This document shows positions 45,611 to 54,683 of a stretch of DNA of 64,000 nt, in pieces; positions within the stretch are counted from its first letter, which is position 1, and each line of letters starts with the position of its first letter. A program made the position numbers and the translations under genes. The stretch comes from Eubacteriales bacterium. Its GTDB lineage: Bacteria; Bacillota; Clostridia; Oscillospirales; QAKW01. The DNA lies in NCBI GenBank assembly GCA_045541555.1, contig JAZQJH010000036.1, positions 44,650 through 108,649 of the forward strand, given 5' to 3'. The notes under the pieces are model-generated. The model had not been told where the DNA came from and did not search any database. It was given only the letters and a program-made list of their open reading frames with translations.

Positions 45611-46516
45611 TTATTTGGATTTTTTGAATGCACACCAAATGCAGGGAGCAAGCAGGGTAGAGGAGTAGCAACCGGAGATGATACCGACCATCATGGGAAG
45701 TGCAAAATTGACGATGGAATCAAGTCCCTTGATAGCGCCAAAGATTAAGACTAAAACCAAGGCTACAGTAGACATCAAAGTGGTGTTGATGGTACGGGTC
45801 AAAGACTGATTGATGCTCTTATTGACCAAAACGTCCAGCGGAAGCTTATTACCGGAAAGACGCTTATTCTCGCGGATACGGTCAAAGATAACCAATGTAT
45901 CATTGACGGAATAACCGAGAATTGTCAGTATAACGGCGATGAACCCATCGTTGATGGGAATGCCGAAGAGGACAAAGACAAAGAATACCAAGGCCAAGTC
46001 GTGCAGCAGGGCAATCAACGCGGTCAGCGCGGCAGTGAAGCCGGAGACGACCGAGAAGCGCAGGGTTACATAGATGATGATGAACAATGCGGCAAGACCG
46101 ATGGCGATTAATCCGCGAACCAGGAAACGACGACCGATGGCGGGCTCGACGTTGGTGGTGGAGCCTTGCTCTATTTTGCTGTCTGCATATTTTTTATTTA
46201 ATGCTTCGTAGAGCTTATCTTGCTCATCGGTGGTCAGACTTTCGGTGCCGGCCAGGCTGATGACCAGGGACTGATCATTATTCTGATAACCGGTAGCGGT
46301 CTGAGCGGTGGAATCGCGATCTAAGGTTTCTTTTACCAATTTTTCAACGTCTGCTGTATTGATGGTGTTGCCGGTGTAGCTATAGGTGAGCTTGGCGCCA
46401 CCGCTGAAGGTGATGTCCATCTTGACACCGCGTACAAAAATACCGATGATGCCGGCAACAATTAAAGCCAGGGAGATAATGTAGTAGATTTTTCTTTTAG
46501 CGTAAAAATTAATCAT
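45611..46516 (-). CDS. secF: Protein translocase subunit SecF
   Basis: MDITFSGG, GYSVNDTLVIFDRIRE, SLTRTINT. Confidence 0.93.
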   Translation of the reverse strand: MINFYAKRKIYYIISLALIVAGIIGIFVRGVKMDITFSGGAKLTYSYTGNTINTADVEKLVKETLDRDSTAQTATGYQNNDQSLVISLAGTESLTTDEQDKLYEALNKKYADSKIEQGSTTNVEPAIGRRFLVRGLIAIGLAALFIIIYVTLRFSVVSGFTAALTALIALLHDLALVFFVFVLFGIPINDGFIAVILTILGYSVNDTLVIFDRIRENKRLSGNKLPLDVLVNKSINQSLTRTINTTLMSTVALVLVLIFGAIKGLDSIVNFALPMMVGIISGCYSSTLLAPCIWCAFKKSK

Positions 46517-46518
46517 GA

Positions 46519-47853
46519 TTACTTTACCTCCTTTGCTTTTTTATAACCGTAAAATGCAGGATTGCTGCACGCTTTATAGCAGGAAAGAGACTGGAGCATC
46601 AGCTTGCTGGAAATGATGGATAAACCAAAGTTGAGGAAAATACCGATCAGCAAGGTATATGCAAAAGAAAGCATAGAGCCGGTGCCGAAGAACATCAGCA
46701 AGAGACCGACTGCTGCGGTGGTGACGTTACAGTCAAGTACTGCGGAGAATGCGCGGTTATAGCCGGCAGAGATCGCACCCTTTAAGGTCTTGCCTGCATT
46801 GATCTCTTCTTTAATTCGCTCGGCAATGATAATGTTGGAGTCAACGCCCATGCCGATAGAAAGAATGATACCTGCAATACCGGGCAGGGTCAAGGTCAGA
46901 CCCATCAGATGGAAGATCAGAAGCTGACCGGCGGTCTGCAGAAGCAGGGTGATGGAAGCCACAACGCCGGGCAGGCGATAGTAGATGCTCATAAAGAGGA
47001 TAATGATACATAGTGCGATCATACCGGCCAGCAGCATGACGTTCAACGCATGAGCACCCATGGTAGCACTTACTGCGGAGTAGTTGGTGGACTCCATGGT
47101 GAAGGGGAGTGCACCGGAATTGATCTTAGAAGCCAGATCTCTGGTCTCAGCAGCAGTAAAGTTACCGCTGATGTAGCCGGAGCCTTCGGTGATAGCGGAT
47201 TCGATGGTGGCAACGCTGATTAAGGTATCGTCCATCAAAATACCGATCAAATCGCCGACGTGCTCGGAAGTCGTCTCGCCAAAGATCTTTTTACCTTCGG
47301 AGTCAAATTCAAGGTTCACAATGTATTCGCCTTGCAGATAACCGGCTTCAGCCTTTGCTACGCGTGCACCGTCCATAAATTTTTCGTCGATTGTATAATC
47401 GGCATGACCGCCCTCATACTCGAATTCGACTGCACCTTCAGTGCCATGCTCCGCTTCCTCTACGATCGCAAAGGTGAGCTGGGCAGTTTCACCTAATTCT
47501 TCGATGGCGGCAACGGGATCAAAATCTTTTTCATTTGCTTGCCAGGGGAATTCGACCAGTACCGAATGGTTTTCTTTATCGATGGTAACGGTACGGTCCA
47601 AAATATTGTTGCCGTCCAACCGAAGCTCGATAATTGCTTTTGCCGATTCCAATTGATCGTCGGTGGGGACGATTGCTTCGTCTGCCGATTGGAAAGTGGC
47701 ACTTACGCCGCCTTTAATGTCGATGCCAAAACGCATATAGCTGTTTCGCTCGGTATAAATACCAAATGCGGTATAAGCTACAATTGCGAGAATGACAAGA
47801 GCGACAATAAAGAAGGATACTTTTTGCCAGATGCTGGCTTTTCTTGCTCTCAT
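46519..47853 (-). CDS. secD: Protein translocase subunit SecD
   Basis: FGIDIKGG, TLTLPGIAG, GMGVDSNIIIAERIKEE. Confidence 0.93.
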   Translation of the reverse strand: MRARKASIWQKVSFFIVALVILAIVAYTAFGIYTERNSYMRFGIDIKGGVSATFQSADEAIVPTDDQLESAKAIIELRLDGNNILDRTVTIDKENHSVLVEFPWQANEKDFDPVAAIEELGETAQLTFAIVEEAEHGTEGAVEFEYEGGHADYTIDEKFMDGARVAKAEAGYLQGEYIVNLEFDSEGKKIFGETTSEHVGDLIGILMDDTLISVATIESAITEGSGYISGNFTAAETRDLASKINSGALPFTMESTNYSAVSATMGAHALNVMLLAGMIALCIIILFMSIYYRLPGVVASITLLLQTAGQLLIFHLMGLTLTLPGIAGIILSIGMGVDSNIIIAERIKEEINAGKTLKGAISAGYNRAFSAVLDCNVTTAAVGLLLMFFGTGSMLSFAYTLLIGIFLNFGLSIISSKLMLQSLSCYKACSNPAFYGYKKAKEVK

Positions 47854-47934
47854 TGTTTACCTCCTTTTCGGCAATTATGGATCGCCGAAATTAAAAAAAT
47901 CACTAAATAATTATATATATAATATTAAAAAATG

Positions 47935-48576
47935 TCAATTCTTTTTTGACTTCTTATAATAGGTACAAACCTCTGTTAGGGGACATTCACAACAGTTTGG
48001 TTTTCTGGCGTCGCAGATTGCTCGTCCGTGGTGTACCAGGTTATGACAAAATTTGGTCTGGCGTTCCGGTGGGATTACCGCTTTTAGTTGCCGTTCCACG
48101 ATTTCAGGGTTGGTGCTGGTCGCTAATCCTAAGCGGTTAGAGAGACGAATGCAGTGGGTATCTGCAATAATGGCAGGCTTTCCGTATATGTCGCCACAGA
48201 TTAGATTGGCTGTCTTTCTGCCGATGCCGGAAAGGCTGGTCAGATCATCGATGTTGTCCGGCACCTTACCATCAAAGCGTTCCAGAATGGCTTGGCTCAT
48301 TTCGATGATACTTTTGGCCTTGCCGCGAAAGAAGCCGCAGGAATGGACCATTTCGCAGAGTTCGTCAAAATCCGCTTCGGCAAAGGCCTCCAAGCTGGGA
48401 TACCGCTTAAAGAGGGCAGGGGTTACTTTGTTCACTCTTTCGTCAGTACACTGCGCCGAGAGACGAGTGGCAATTAATAGTTCATAGGGCTCTGTATAAT
48501 GCAGGGCACACTCTGCTTTGGGATAAAGTCGATCCAGTTCGTTTAGTATCAATTGGATTTTATCGGCTTTCTTCAT
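47935..48576 (-). CDS. nth: Endonuclease III
   Basis: LSAQCTDERVN, GIGRKTAN HhH, C-x6-C-x2-C-x5-C Fe-S motif. Confidence 0.95.
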   Translation of the reverse strand: MKKADKIQLILNELDRLYPKAECALHYTEPYELLIATRLSAQCTDERVNKVTPALFKRYPSLEAFAEADFDELCEMVHSCGFFRGKAKSIIEMSQAILERFDGKVPDNIDDLTSLSGIGRKTANLICGDIYGKPAIIADTHCIRLSNRLGLATSTNPEIVERQLKAVIPPERQTKFCHNLVHHGRAICDARKPNCCECPLTEVCTYYKKSKKN

Positions 48577-49832
48577 TGTTTCTCCTTGATCTTATTCCAA
48601 TATTCACGCGACGCATTTTCCAATTTGTTGTCACCGAATTTATAATCACGCTTGCCCTTCAGATCGGCAGGCATATAGTTTTGCTCGATATAATGATTGG
48701 GAAATGCGTGGGGATAGAGATAACCTTCGCCGTGACCCAGCTTGCCGGCGCCTCCGTAATGACTATCCTGAATATTGTGGGGAATAATTTGCCCTTTGCC
48801 ATTTTGAACGTCGGCCATCGCTTCGTCGATTGCCATGATGGCAGAATTGGATTTTGGTGCCGTTGCCAGTAAAATGACGGCCTCGGCCAAAGGAATACGC
48901 GCTTCCGGTAATCCCAGAGCCTGGGCGCAATCCACGCAGGATTTAACAATAGAAATCGCTTGGGGATAAGCCAGCCCAATATCCTCGGCGGCAATGACCA
49001 TCAAGCGGCGGCAGGGAGCAATAAGGTTTCCGGCCTCTAAAAGACGCGCTAAATAGAGAAGTGCGGCATCGGGGTCGGAACCTCGAATGGATTTTTGAAA
49101 AGCAGAGAGGATGTCGTAGTGGAAATCACCGTCTTTATCATAGTGATTACCACTGCGCTGAGAGGCTTCTTGAATCATTTCTAAGGTAATCTTCGGCGAT
49201 TCCCGGGTTAAAGCAAGAGAAATGACTTCGATGCAATTACAACATTTTCGCACGTCTCCACCACAGCCATAAGCAATGCGTTCAATGAGTTCCTCCTCGC
49301 ATAGGACTTTAAAGCCGCGTTGTTCCTCTAAATAAGAAAGGGCACGCTTGATAAATGGGATCATTTCTTTTGCGGAAACCGGTTTGAATTCAAATACGGT
49401 ACATCGGCTGAGGATCGCATTATAAACATAGAAATAAGGATTCTCTGTCGTAGATGCGATCAAGGTAATGCTGCCGTTTTCAATGAACTCCAAAAGAGAT
49501 TGCTGCTGTTTTTTATTGAAATACTGGATCTCGTCCAGATAAAGCAAAATTCCATTTGGGGCGGTGAAGGGGTTGATATCATTAATGATCTCTTTAATAT
49601 CACTGATGGATGCTGTGGTCGCATTCAACTTATAGAGTTTGCGGTCTGACTTTTCGGAAATGATCCGTGCCAGCGTTGTTTTGCCGACTCCGCTGGGACC
49701 ATAAAAGATCATATTGGGGATTTCTTTTCCTTCGGCGATAGAGCGCAAGAGCTTTCCTTGGCCGAGGAGATGGCGCTGACCCACCATATCATCAATGGTA
49801 GTGGGACGCAATATATCAGATAACGGACGCAC
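48573..49832 (-). CDS. rarA: Replication-associated recombination protein A
   Basis: GPSGVGKTT, DEIQ, TTENP, SAFQKSIRGSDPDAA; GTG start after AGGAGG. Confidence 0.93.
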   Translation of the reverse strand: MRPLSDILRPTTIDDMVGQRHLLGQGKLLRSIAEGKEIPNMIFYGPSGVGKTTLARIISEKSDRKLYKLNATTASISDIKEIINDINPFTAPNGILLYLDEIQYFNKKQQQSLLEFIENGSITLIASTTENPYFYVYNAILSRCTVFEFKPVSAKEMIPFIKRALSYLEEQRGFKVLCEEELIERIAYGCGGDVRKCCNCIEVISLALTRESPKITLEMIQEASQRSGNHYDKDGDFHYDILSAFQKSIRGSDPDAALLYLARLLEAGNLIAPCRRLMVIAAEDIGLAYPQAISIVKSCVDCAQALGLPEARIPLAEAVILLATAPKSNSAIMAIDEAMADVQNGKGQIIPHNIQDSHYGGAGKLGHGEGYLYPHAFPNHYIEQNYMPADLKGKRDYKFGDNKLENASREYWNKIKEKQ

Positions 49833-49971
49833 AGAACCGCCTCCTTTCAACATTTAATAACATTATAACAAAATAGAAATGGCTATTCAACAGTTTTTTG
49901 ATTGATTTCCATTGACTTTATTTGAAAGAAAGTATAAAATAGATTTAAATAAAAATAAGGAGGCTCTCCAA

Positions 49972-50808
49972 ATGATTGAAGAGGTCAATTTGCAGTTGAA
50001 AAAGAATGCAAACACCATTCGGATGGACATTATTGAGCAGGTGCATAGCGCTAAGGCTGGTCATCCCGGCGGCTCCCTGTCTATTGCAGATATTGTTGCA
50101 TATCTTTACTTTGTGGAAATGAATATCGATCCCAAGAACCCTGATTGGGCGGATCGTGATCGTTTTGTCTTGTCCAAGGGTCATACTTGTCCGGCAGTTT
50201 ATTCCGCTTTGGCACGCCGCGGCTATTTTGATCCTGAAATCCTGCCCACCTTCCGTCACATCGGAAGTATTCTGCAGGGTCACCCCGATATGAAGCATAT
50301 CCCCGGTATTGATATGTCCAGCGGTTCTTTGGGTCAGGGTATCTCTGCCGCTTGCGGTATGGCTTTATCTGCGAAGAAGTCTAATAAGGATTACCACGTT
50401 TATACCATCCTGGGTGACGGCGAGATCGAAGAGGGTCAGGTTTGGGAAGCTTTGATGTTTGCTGCCCATTATAAACTGGACAATCTTTGCGTCGTTGTTG
50501 ACGATAACGGTTTGCAAATTGACGGGCCTGTGGCAGAAGTTATGAATAGTGCTTCTATCGTTGAGAAGGCAAAGGCCTTTGGTCTGGAAGTCTTTGAGAT
50601 GGATGGTCATGATTTTGAGTCCATTGAAAAGGCCTTTGAGGCAGCAAAGAAGGTTACCGGTAAGCCGGCTTTGATCGTTGCTAAGACTGTCAAGGGTAAG
50701 GGCGTTTCTTATATGGAAAATCAGGTGAGCTGGCATGGTACTGCTCCCAATGATGAGGATTATGAGAAGGCGATGAATGAATTGAAGGAGGCTGCAAAAT
50801 GTCTTTAA
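49972..50808 (+). CDS. Transketolase, N-terminal subunit
   Basis: GHPGGSLS, RDRFVLSKGH, GSLGQG, GDGE TPP motif; ATG at 49972 after the RBS. Confidence 0.93.
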   Translation: MIEEVNLQLKKNANTIRMDIIEQVHSAKAGHPGGSLSIADIVAYLYFVEMNIDPKNPDWADRDRFVLSKGHTCPAVYSALARRGYFDPEILPTFRHIGSILQGHPDMKHIPGIDMSSGSLGQGISAACGMALSAKKSNKDYHVYTILGDGEIEEGQVWEALMFAAHYKLDNLCVVVDDNGLQIDGPVAEVMNSASIVEKAKAFGLEVFEMDGHDFESIEKAFEAAKKVTGKPALIVAKTVKGKGVSYMENQVSWHGTAPNDEDYEKAMNELKEAAKCL

Positions 50809-51737
50809 AAGAAGCAACCAGAGAAAGTTATGGTAAAGCCCTGGTAGAGTTTGCCGAAGAATATGATCTTTATGTTATGGATGCAGATCTTGCTGCGGCT
50901 ACCAAAACTTCTATTTTTAAGAAAGCATATCCCGAGCGTTTTATCGAGTGTGGCATTGCGGAAGCCAATATGATGGGTGTTGCTGCCGGTTTGGCTACCA
51001 CCGGTAAGACTGTTTTTGCCAGCAGCTTTGCAATGTTTGCGGCCGGCCGTGCGTATGAGCAGGTTCGTAACTCCATCGGTTATCCCCATCTGAACGTTAA
51101 GATCGGTGCTACTCATGCCGGTATTTCCGTCGGTGAAGACGGTGCTACCCATCAGTGCAACGAAGACTTGGCTTTGATGCGTACCATTCCCGGCATGGTT
51201 GTCCTGAATCCTGCCGATCCTGTTGAGGCTCGCCTTTGCGTAAAGGCTGCCATTGAACATGACGGTCCCGTTTACCTCCGCTTCGGCAGAATGCCCATTG
51301 ATTCCATCTTTGATGAGAACTATAAGTTTGAGATCGGTAAGGGCGTTGTTCTGCAGGAGGGTAAGGACGTTGCAATCGTCGCCACCGGCTTGATGGTTGA
51401 GCGTGCTCTTCAGGCTGCTGAACTGCTGAAGGCTGAAGGAATTGAGGCGGCTGTTATCAACATGGCTTCCATCAAACCCTTGGATAAGGAGTTGGTTCAG
51501 AAATATGCCGCAAAGTGCGGTGCCATCGTTACCACCGAGGAACATTCTGTGATCGGCGGTTTGGGCAGTGCGGTTTGTGAAGCGGTCAGTGAGCAGGGCG
51601 GTTGTCCTGTCGTACGCCATGGCGTTGAGGATTGCTTCGGTAAGAGCGGACCCGCTTTGAAGTTACTGGATCTCTACGGGCTGAATGCTGAAGGGATTGC
51701 AGAGAAAGCAAAGCTTGCTATTTCTCTTAAAAAATAA
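50799..51737 (+). CDS. Transketolase, C-terminal subunit
   Basis: ECGIAEANM, GEDGATHQ, EEHSVIGGLGS. Confidence 0.93.
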   Translation: MSLKEATRESYGKALVEFAEEYDLYVMDADLAAATKTSIFKKAYPERFIECGIAEANMMGVAAGLATTGKTVFASSFAMFAAGRAYEQVRNSIGYPHLNVKIGATHAGISVGEDGATHQCNEDLALMRTIPGMVVLNPADPVEARLCVKAAIEHDGPVYLRFGRMPIDSIFDENYKFEIGKGVVLQEGKDVAIVATGLMVERALQAAELLKAEGIEAAVINMASIKPLDKELVQKYAAKCGAIVTTEEHSVIGGLGSAVCEAVSEQGGCPVVRHGVEDCFGKSGPALKLLDLYGLNAEGIAEKAKLAISLKK

Positions 51738-51741
51738 TCGT

Positions 51742-51774
51742 AAAACGGTGTCGAAATTCTCGACACCGTTTTTT
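51742..51774 (+). terminator. Terminator after transketolase
   Basis: aaaacggtgtcga-aattc-tcgacaccgtttttt. Confidence 0.85.
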
Positions 51775-51785
51775 ATAAATTTCTC

Positions 51786-51814
51786 TTGACGAAAGAGAGA
51801 AAAGAGTGTATACT
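51786..51814 (+). promoter_or_regulatory. SigA promoter of the tRNA
   Basis: TTGACG-17 bp-TATACT. Confidence 0.8.
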
Positions 51815-51830
51815 TTATAAAGTGATTTAT

Positions 51831-51904
51831 GCGGGTATAATTCATCGGTAGAATGCGACCTTCCCAAGGTTGATAGGTGGGTTCGACTCCCATTACCCGC
51901 TCCA
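51831..51904 (+). tRNA. tRNA-Gly (CCC)
   Basis: Acceptor GCGGGTA/TACCCGC, D-stem ATTC/GAAT, anticodon arm CGACC-TTCCCAA-GGTTG, TTCGA T-loop, encoded CCA; 74 nt. Confidence 0.95.
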
Positions 51905-51907
51905 TGA

Positions 51908-51935
51908 AAGGGACCTCTTGCGGGGTCCCTTTTTT
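51908..51935 (+). terminator. Terminator after the tRNA
   Basis: aagggacc-tcttgcgg-ggtccctttttt. Confidence 0.75.
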
Positions 51936-51954
51936 AAAAAAGGGAGGTGCGTAT

Positions 51955-52440
51955 ATGAGAAAGGACAAAGTAAATTACTATCTGGATATGGCGGATGCCG
52001 CTACCGGTCGTGCCACTTGCTTACGTCGGGCTTTTGGCGCAATTATTGTGAAGAACGATGAGATTGTTTCTACCGGTTATAACGGTGCACCTCGCGGTCG
52101 TGATAACTGCACCGATTGCGGAAAATGCATTCGTCAGGAATTGGGTGTTAATCGCGGGGAGCGCTATGAGCTTTGCCGCTCGGTACACGCGGAAGCGAAT
52201 TGCATTATTTCTGCGGCGCGCCGTGATATGATTGACTCCACGCTCTTTTTGGTGGGTCATGAAGTGGATAGTGGAGAATATGTAAAAAACACCGCCCCTT
52301 GCGCAATGTGTAAGCGATTGATTATCAATGCCGGCATTAAAGAAGTAGTGGTACGTGATAGCCAGAAGGAATTCCATTCTTTCCTTGTTGAGGATTGGAT
52401 CAAAAACGACGAATCCTTGGATGGCACGTTAGGATATTAA
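51955..52440 (+). CDS. dCMP/cytidine deaminase family protein
   Basis: STGYNGAP, HAEANC, PCAMC zinc motifs; ATG 51955 after GGGAGGTG. Confidence 0.9.
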   Translation: MRKDKVNYYLDMADAATGRATCLRRAFGAIIVKNDEIVSTGYNGAPRGRDNCTDCGKCIRQELGVNRGERYELCRSVHAEANCIISAARRDMIDSTLFLVGHEVDSGEYVKNTAPCAMCKRLIINAGIKEVVVRDSQKEFHSFLVEDWIKNDESLDGTLGY

Positions 52441-52448
52441 GAATTAAG

Positions 52449-52476
52449 CCCGGAAATGCAAAAGCATTTCCGGGCT
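52449..52476. terminator. Bidirectional hairpin terminator
   Basis: gcccggaaatgc-aaaa-gcatttccgggc. Confidence 0.8.
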
Positions 52477-52480
52477 GTTT

Positions 52481-53263
52481 TCAGCAATTGCCGTTTTCCG
52501 GAGGGAAGAATTCATTGGTGGGGAAGTTAAGCTTTTCAAAGAAACTGCAAGGCTCTTCTTCGCAAGGGCCGGAGCATTCCTTCTCAGGCAGGCAGAATTT
52601 GGACGCCGGAATCTTAACCTGTACATCCCGAACGATGCGTACAACACTGAAGAGACCCAGCGATACGACCAACTTGCGGTTTGCGGTGTCGGTAAGACCT
52701 TCGGGGAAAAGAACTGCGACGCAATCCGGGAGATTTAAAGTGTCGTAATCCGAGCAGCAACAGTTGCAGGAGGGGTTAATAATCCTTGTGTTGAGAACGA
52801 TGGGGTCCACTACCTCAACTTCGGCGACGGGCATGTTTCCAACCTGCGTACAAGTGGGATCGCAGGCATTATTGCAAGCCGAAGAGAATGTCGTCGTGCT
52901 GCCTTCACTGCCGTAAAGGATTACCTTCTTATTAAAATAAGAAAGACCTTCGACGATGGTAGGACGTGAGGTGCCGGTATAGACTTCGAAGTCTGTCTTG
53001 AAATAAAACATCATGTCTACACTATAGAACCCTTTATTAAATGGTACATCCTCCAGATTTACGTCGGTCCAGACCAATTCGGATCTGCGCGCGCGGATAT
53101 TTACAGCGTTGTCGATTAAGGTCTGATCGCCGGAGCTTAAGTACACACGCATATCGGATAAACAGTCTTTGTCTTTGCAGGTATCGTAGATCTTTTGGAC
53201 ATTTACACAAATGTCCTCCTCATAGTTTTGGACACAGCAATTCTCAGTATTATTAATATCCAT
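52481..53263 (-). CDS. Cys-rich hypothetical protein, probable spore coat component
   Basis: CV.VQKIYDTCKDKDC, CNCCC, CLPEKECSGPCEEEPC; upstream AC-16 bp-CATAAAAT. Confidence 0.6.
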   Translation of the reverse strand: MDINNTENCCVQNYEEDICVNVQKIYDTCKDKDCLSDMRVYLSSGDQTLIDNAVNIRARRSELVWTDVNLEDVPFNKGFYSVDMMFYFKTDFEVYTGTSRPTIVEGLSYFNKKVILYGSEGSTTTFSSACNNACDPTCTQVGNMPVAEVEVVDPIVLNTRIINPSCNCCCSDYDTLNLPDCVAVLFPEGLTDTANRKLVVSLGLFSVVRIVRDVQVKIPASKFCLPEKECSGPCEEEPCSFFEKLNFPTNEFFPPENGNC

Positions 53264-53385
53264 AGCTACCTCCTTATAGTTTAGTCTATTGTATTTTATG
53301 AAAGAAATGATATTTCGTGAAAATTTATTGAAAAAATATGCATGCTGTGATATACTGACTTCATAAATCTTAAAGGAAGTTTAGC

Positions 53386-53982
53386 ATGAAACGTATAATT
53401 CTATTAGTACTTGCTTTCGCTTTACTTCTGACGTCTTGCGGTATTGGCACATCGGCCGAGGCTCGGACGTTAGAGAAGTTCACGGAGGCAATGAAGATAT
53501 ATGATAAACAGGCGATGATGGAATTGTTGACCGCATTTCCGGATAAAAGTCCCTACGTATATCTTGATGATATTTTTAATGATGCAAAATATCAAGATCT
53601 GTATCGATTGCTTTATACTGACATAACTTATGCAATCAAATCTTTAAAAAATAACCGGATAACAGCAGAATTTACTATGCCGAACGTTCAGAAGCTTTAT
53701 GCGAATGCGGCGGCGATGGTGACTAATTTGGCCTTTGTGGACGAGACGCTGGTTGAAAAACTCAATGAAAACGAGGAAAACGGCATTATTTTAATTCAGG
53801 AATTAATGCTGGAAATGGCAAAACAAGAAAATAATGTTGAAATCATGAAGCAAGAGTTTACCCTTTCTTTTGCGGAAAAGAATGGAAAGATAGTTATCGT
53901 TTGTGATGATGAATTGAAAGCACTGCTGACCGGGAATTTCTTCCTTTCAAAAAATGTGAAGGTTCCGGAAGATATTGATTAA
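53386..53982 (+). CDS. Hypothetical lipoprotein
   Basis: Lipobox LTSC after a hydrophobic signal; own SigA-like promoter TTGAAA-17 bp-TATACT. Confidence 0.75.
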   Translation: MKRIILLVLAFALLLTSCGIGTSAEARTLEKFTEAMKIYDKQAMMELLTAFPDKSPYVYLDDIFNDAKYQDLYRLLYTDITYAIKSLKNNRITAEFTMPNVQKLYANAAAMVTNLAFVDETLVEKLNENEENGIILIQELMLEMAKQENNVEIMKQEFTLSFAEKNGKIVIVCDDELKALLTGNFFLSKNVKVPEDID

Positions 53983-54020
53983 TCTGGATTTATTTTGACG
54001 ATGATATTACCAAAGGAGAT

Positions 54021-54590
54021 GTGAGAATGAACGAACCTATTTTTAATGTTGGGAGCGGCATCGAGAACTTAGATGCGCGCATGATGGAAAGCAGAAAGGT
54101 CCTGGCTTTCGGTGAACTGGATGAAAATGCAGCTTGCCGCATTATCGCAAAGTTGCTTTATCTGGCGGAAGAAGATGCTTCTGCGCCTATTACGCTTTAC
54201 ATCAATTCCTCCGGTGGATGGGAAACTGAAATTTTGGCTGTTTACGATGTGATGAAAAATATTTCCTGCCCGGTTGAGACGGTATGCGCTGGAAAAGCGC
54301 ATGGTCTTTCGGCGTTGTTGCTCGCCGGCGGTGAAAAAGGAAAGCGTTTCGCTTACGCCAATAGCGAGATCATGCTGACCCAGGTTGGGCGTGATCGGAC
54401 CTTTGGTCAAGCATCTGACATTGAATTGGAGACAGAGCATCTGCTTCAGACCAAAAAGCGGATCAATAAGCTGCTGGCTTCTCTCTGTGGACGAAGCGAA
54501 GAGGGTTTGGCGGCTGACCTGGAACGTAAATACTGGCTGTTTGCTGAGGAAGCAAAAGCGTATGGTTTGATCGACGGTATTATTGAATAA
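54021..54590 (+). CDS. ClpP-like protein lacking the Ser-His-Asp triad
   Basis: Full-length ClpP fold motifs (ITLYINSSGG, GEKGKR, AEEAKAYGLIDGI); triad positions read G, T and K. Confidence 0.85.
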   Translation: MRMNEPIFNVGSGIENLDARMMESRKVLAFGELDENAACRIIAKLLYLAEEDASAPITLYINSSGGWETEILAVYDVMKNISCPVETVCAGKAHGLSALLLAGGEKGKRFAYANSEIMLTQVGRDRTFGQASDIELETEHLLQTKKRINKLLASLCGRSEEGLAADLERKYWLFAEEAKAYGLIDGIIE

Positions 54591-54595
54591 AAAAT

Positions 54596-54630
54596 GCAGC
54601 TCACAGAAACATTTCTGTGAGCTGTTTTTT
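54596..54630 (+). terminator. Terminator
   Basis: cagctcacagaaa-cat-ttctgtgagctgtttttt. Confidence 0.8.
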
Positions 54631-54683
54631 AACTTGATTTTTAAGGTGGTTATGCTAAAATAAAAATAGAAGGCGGTGTTGAT

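Noticed and set aside
51749-51755. TGTCGAA Spo0A-like heptamer here, and another at 32978-32984
   Set aside because: This one is part of a terminator stem, the other is far from the promoter, and chance occurrence is likely
51870-51954. ORF-track N-terminal extension of the deaminase and the 51870-52061 ORF
   Set aside because: They overlap the tRNA and its terminator; the real start is ATG 51955 after GGGAGGTG
51831-52480. tRNA-Gly as an integration site
   Set aside because: No integrase, no duplicated tRNA 3' end, and ordinary neighbours
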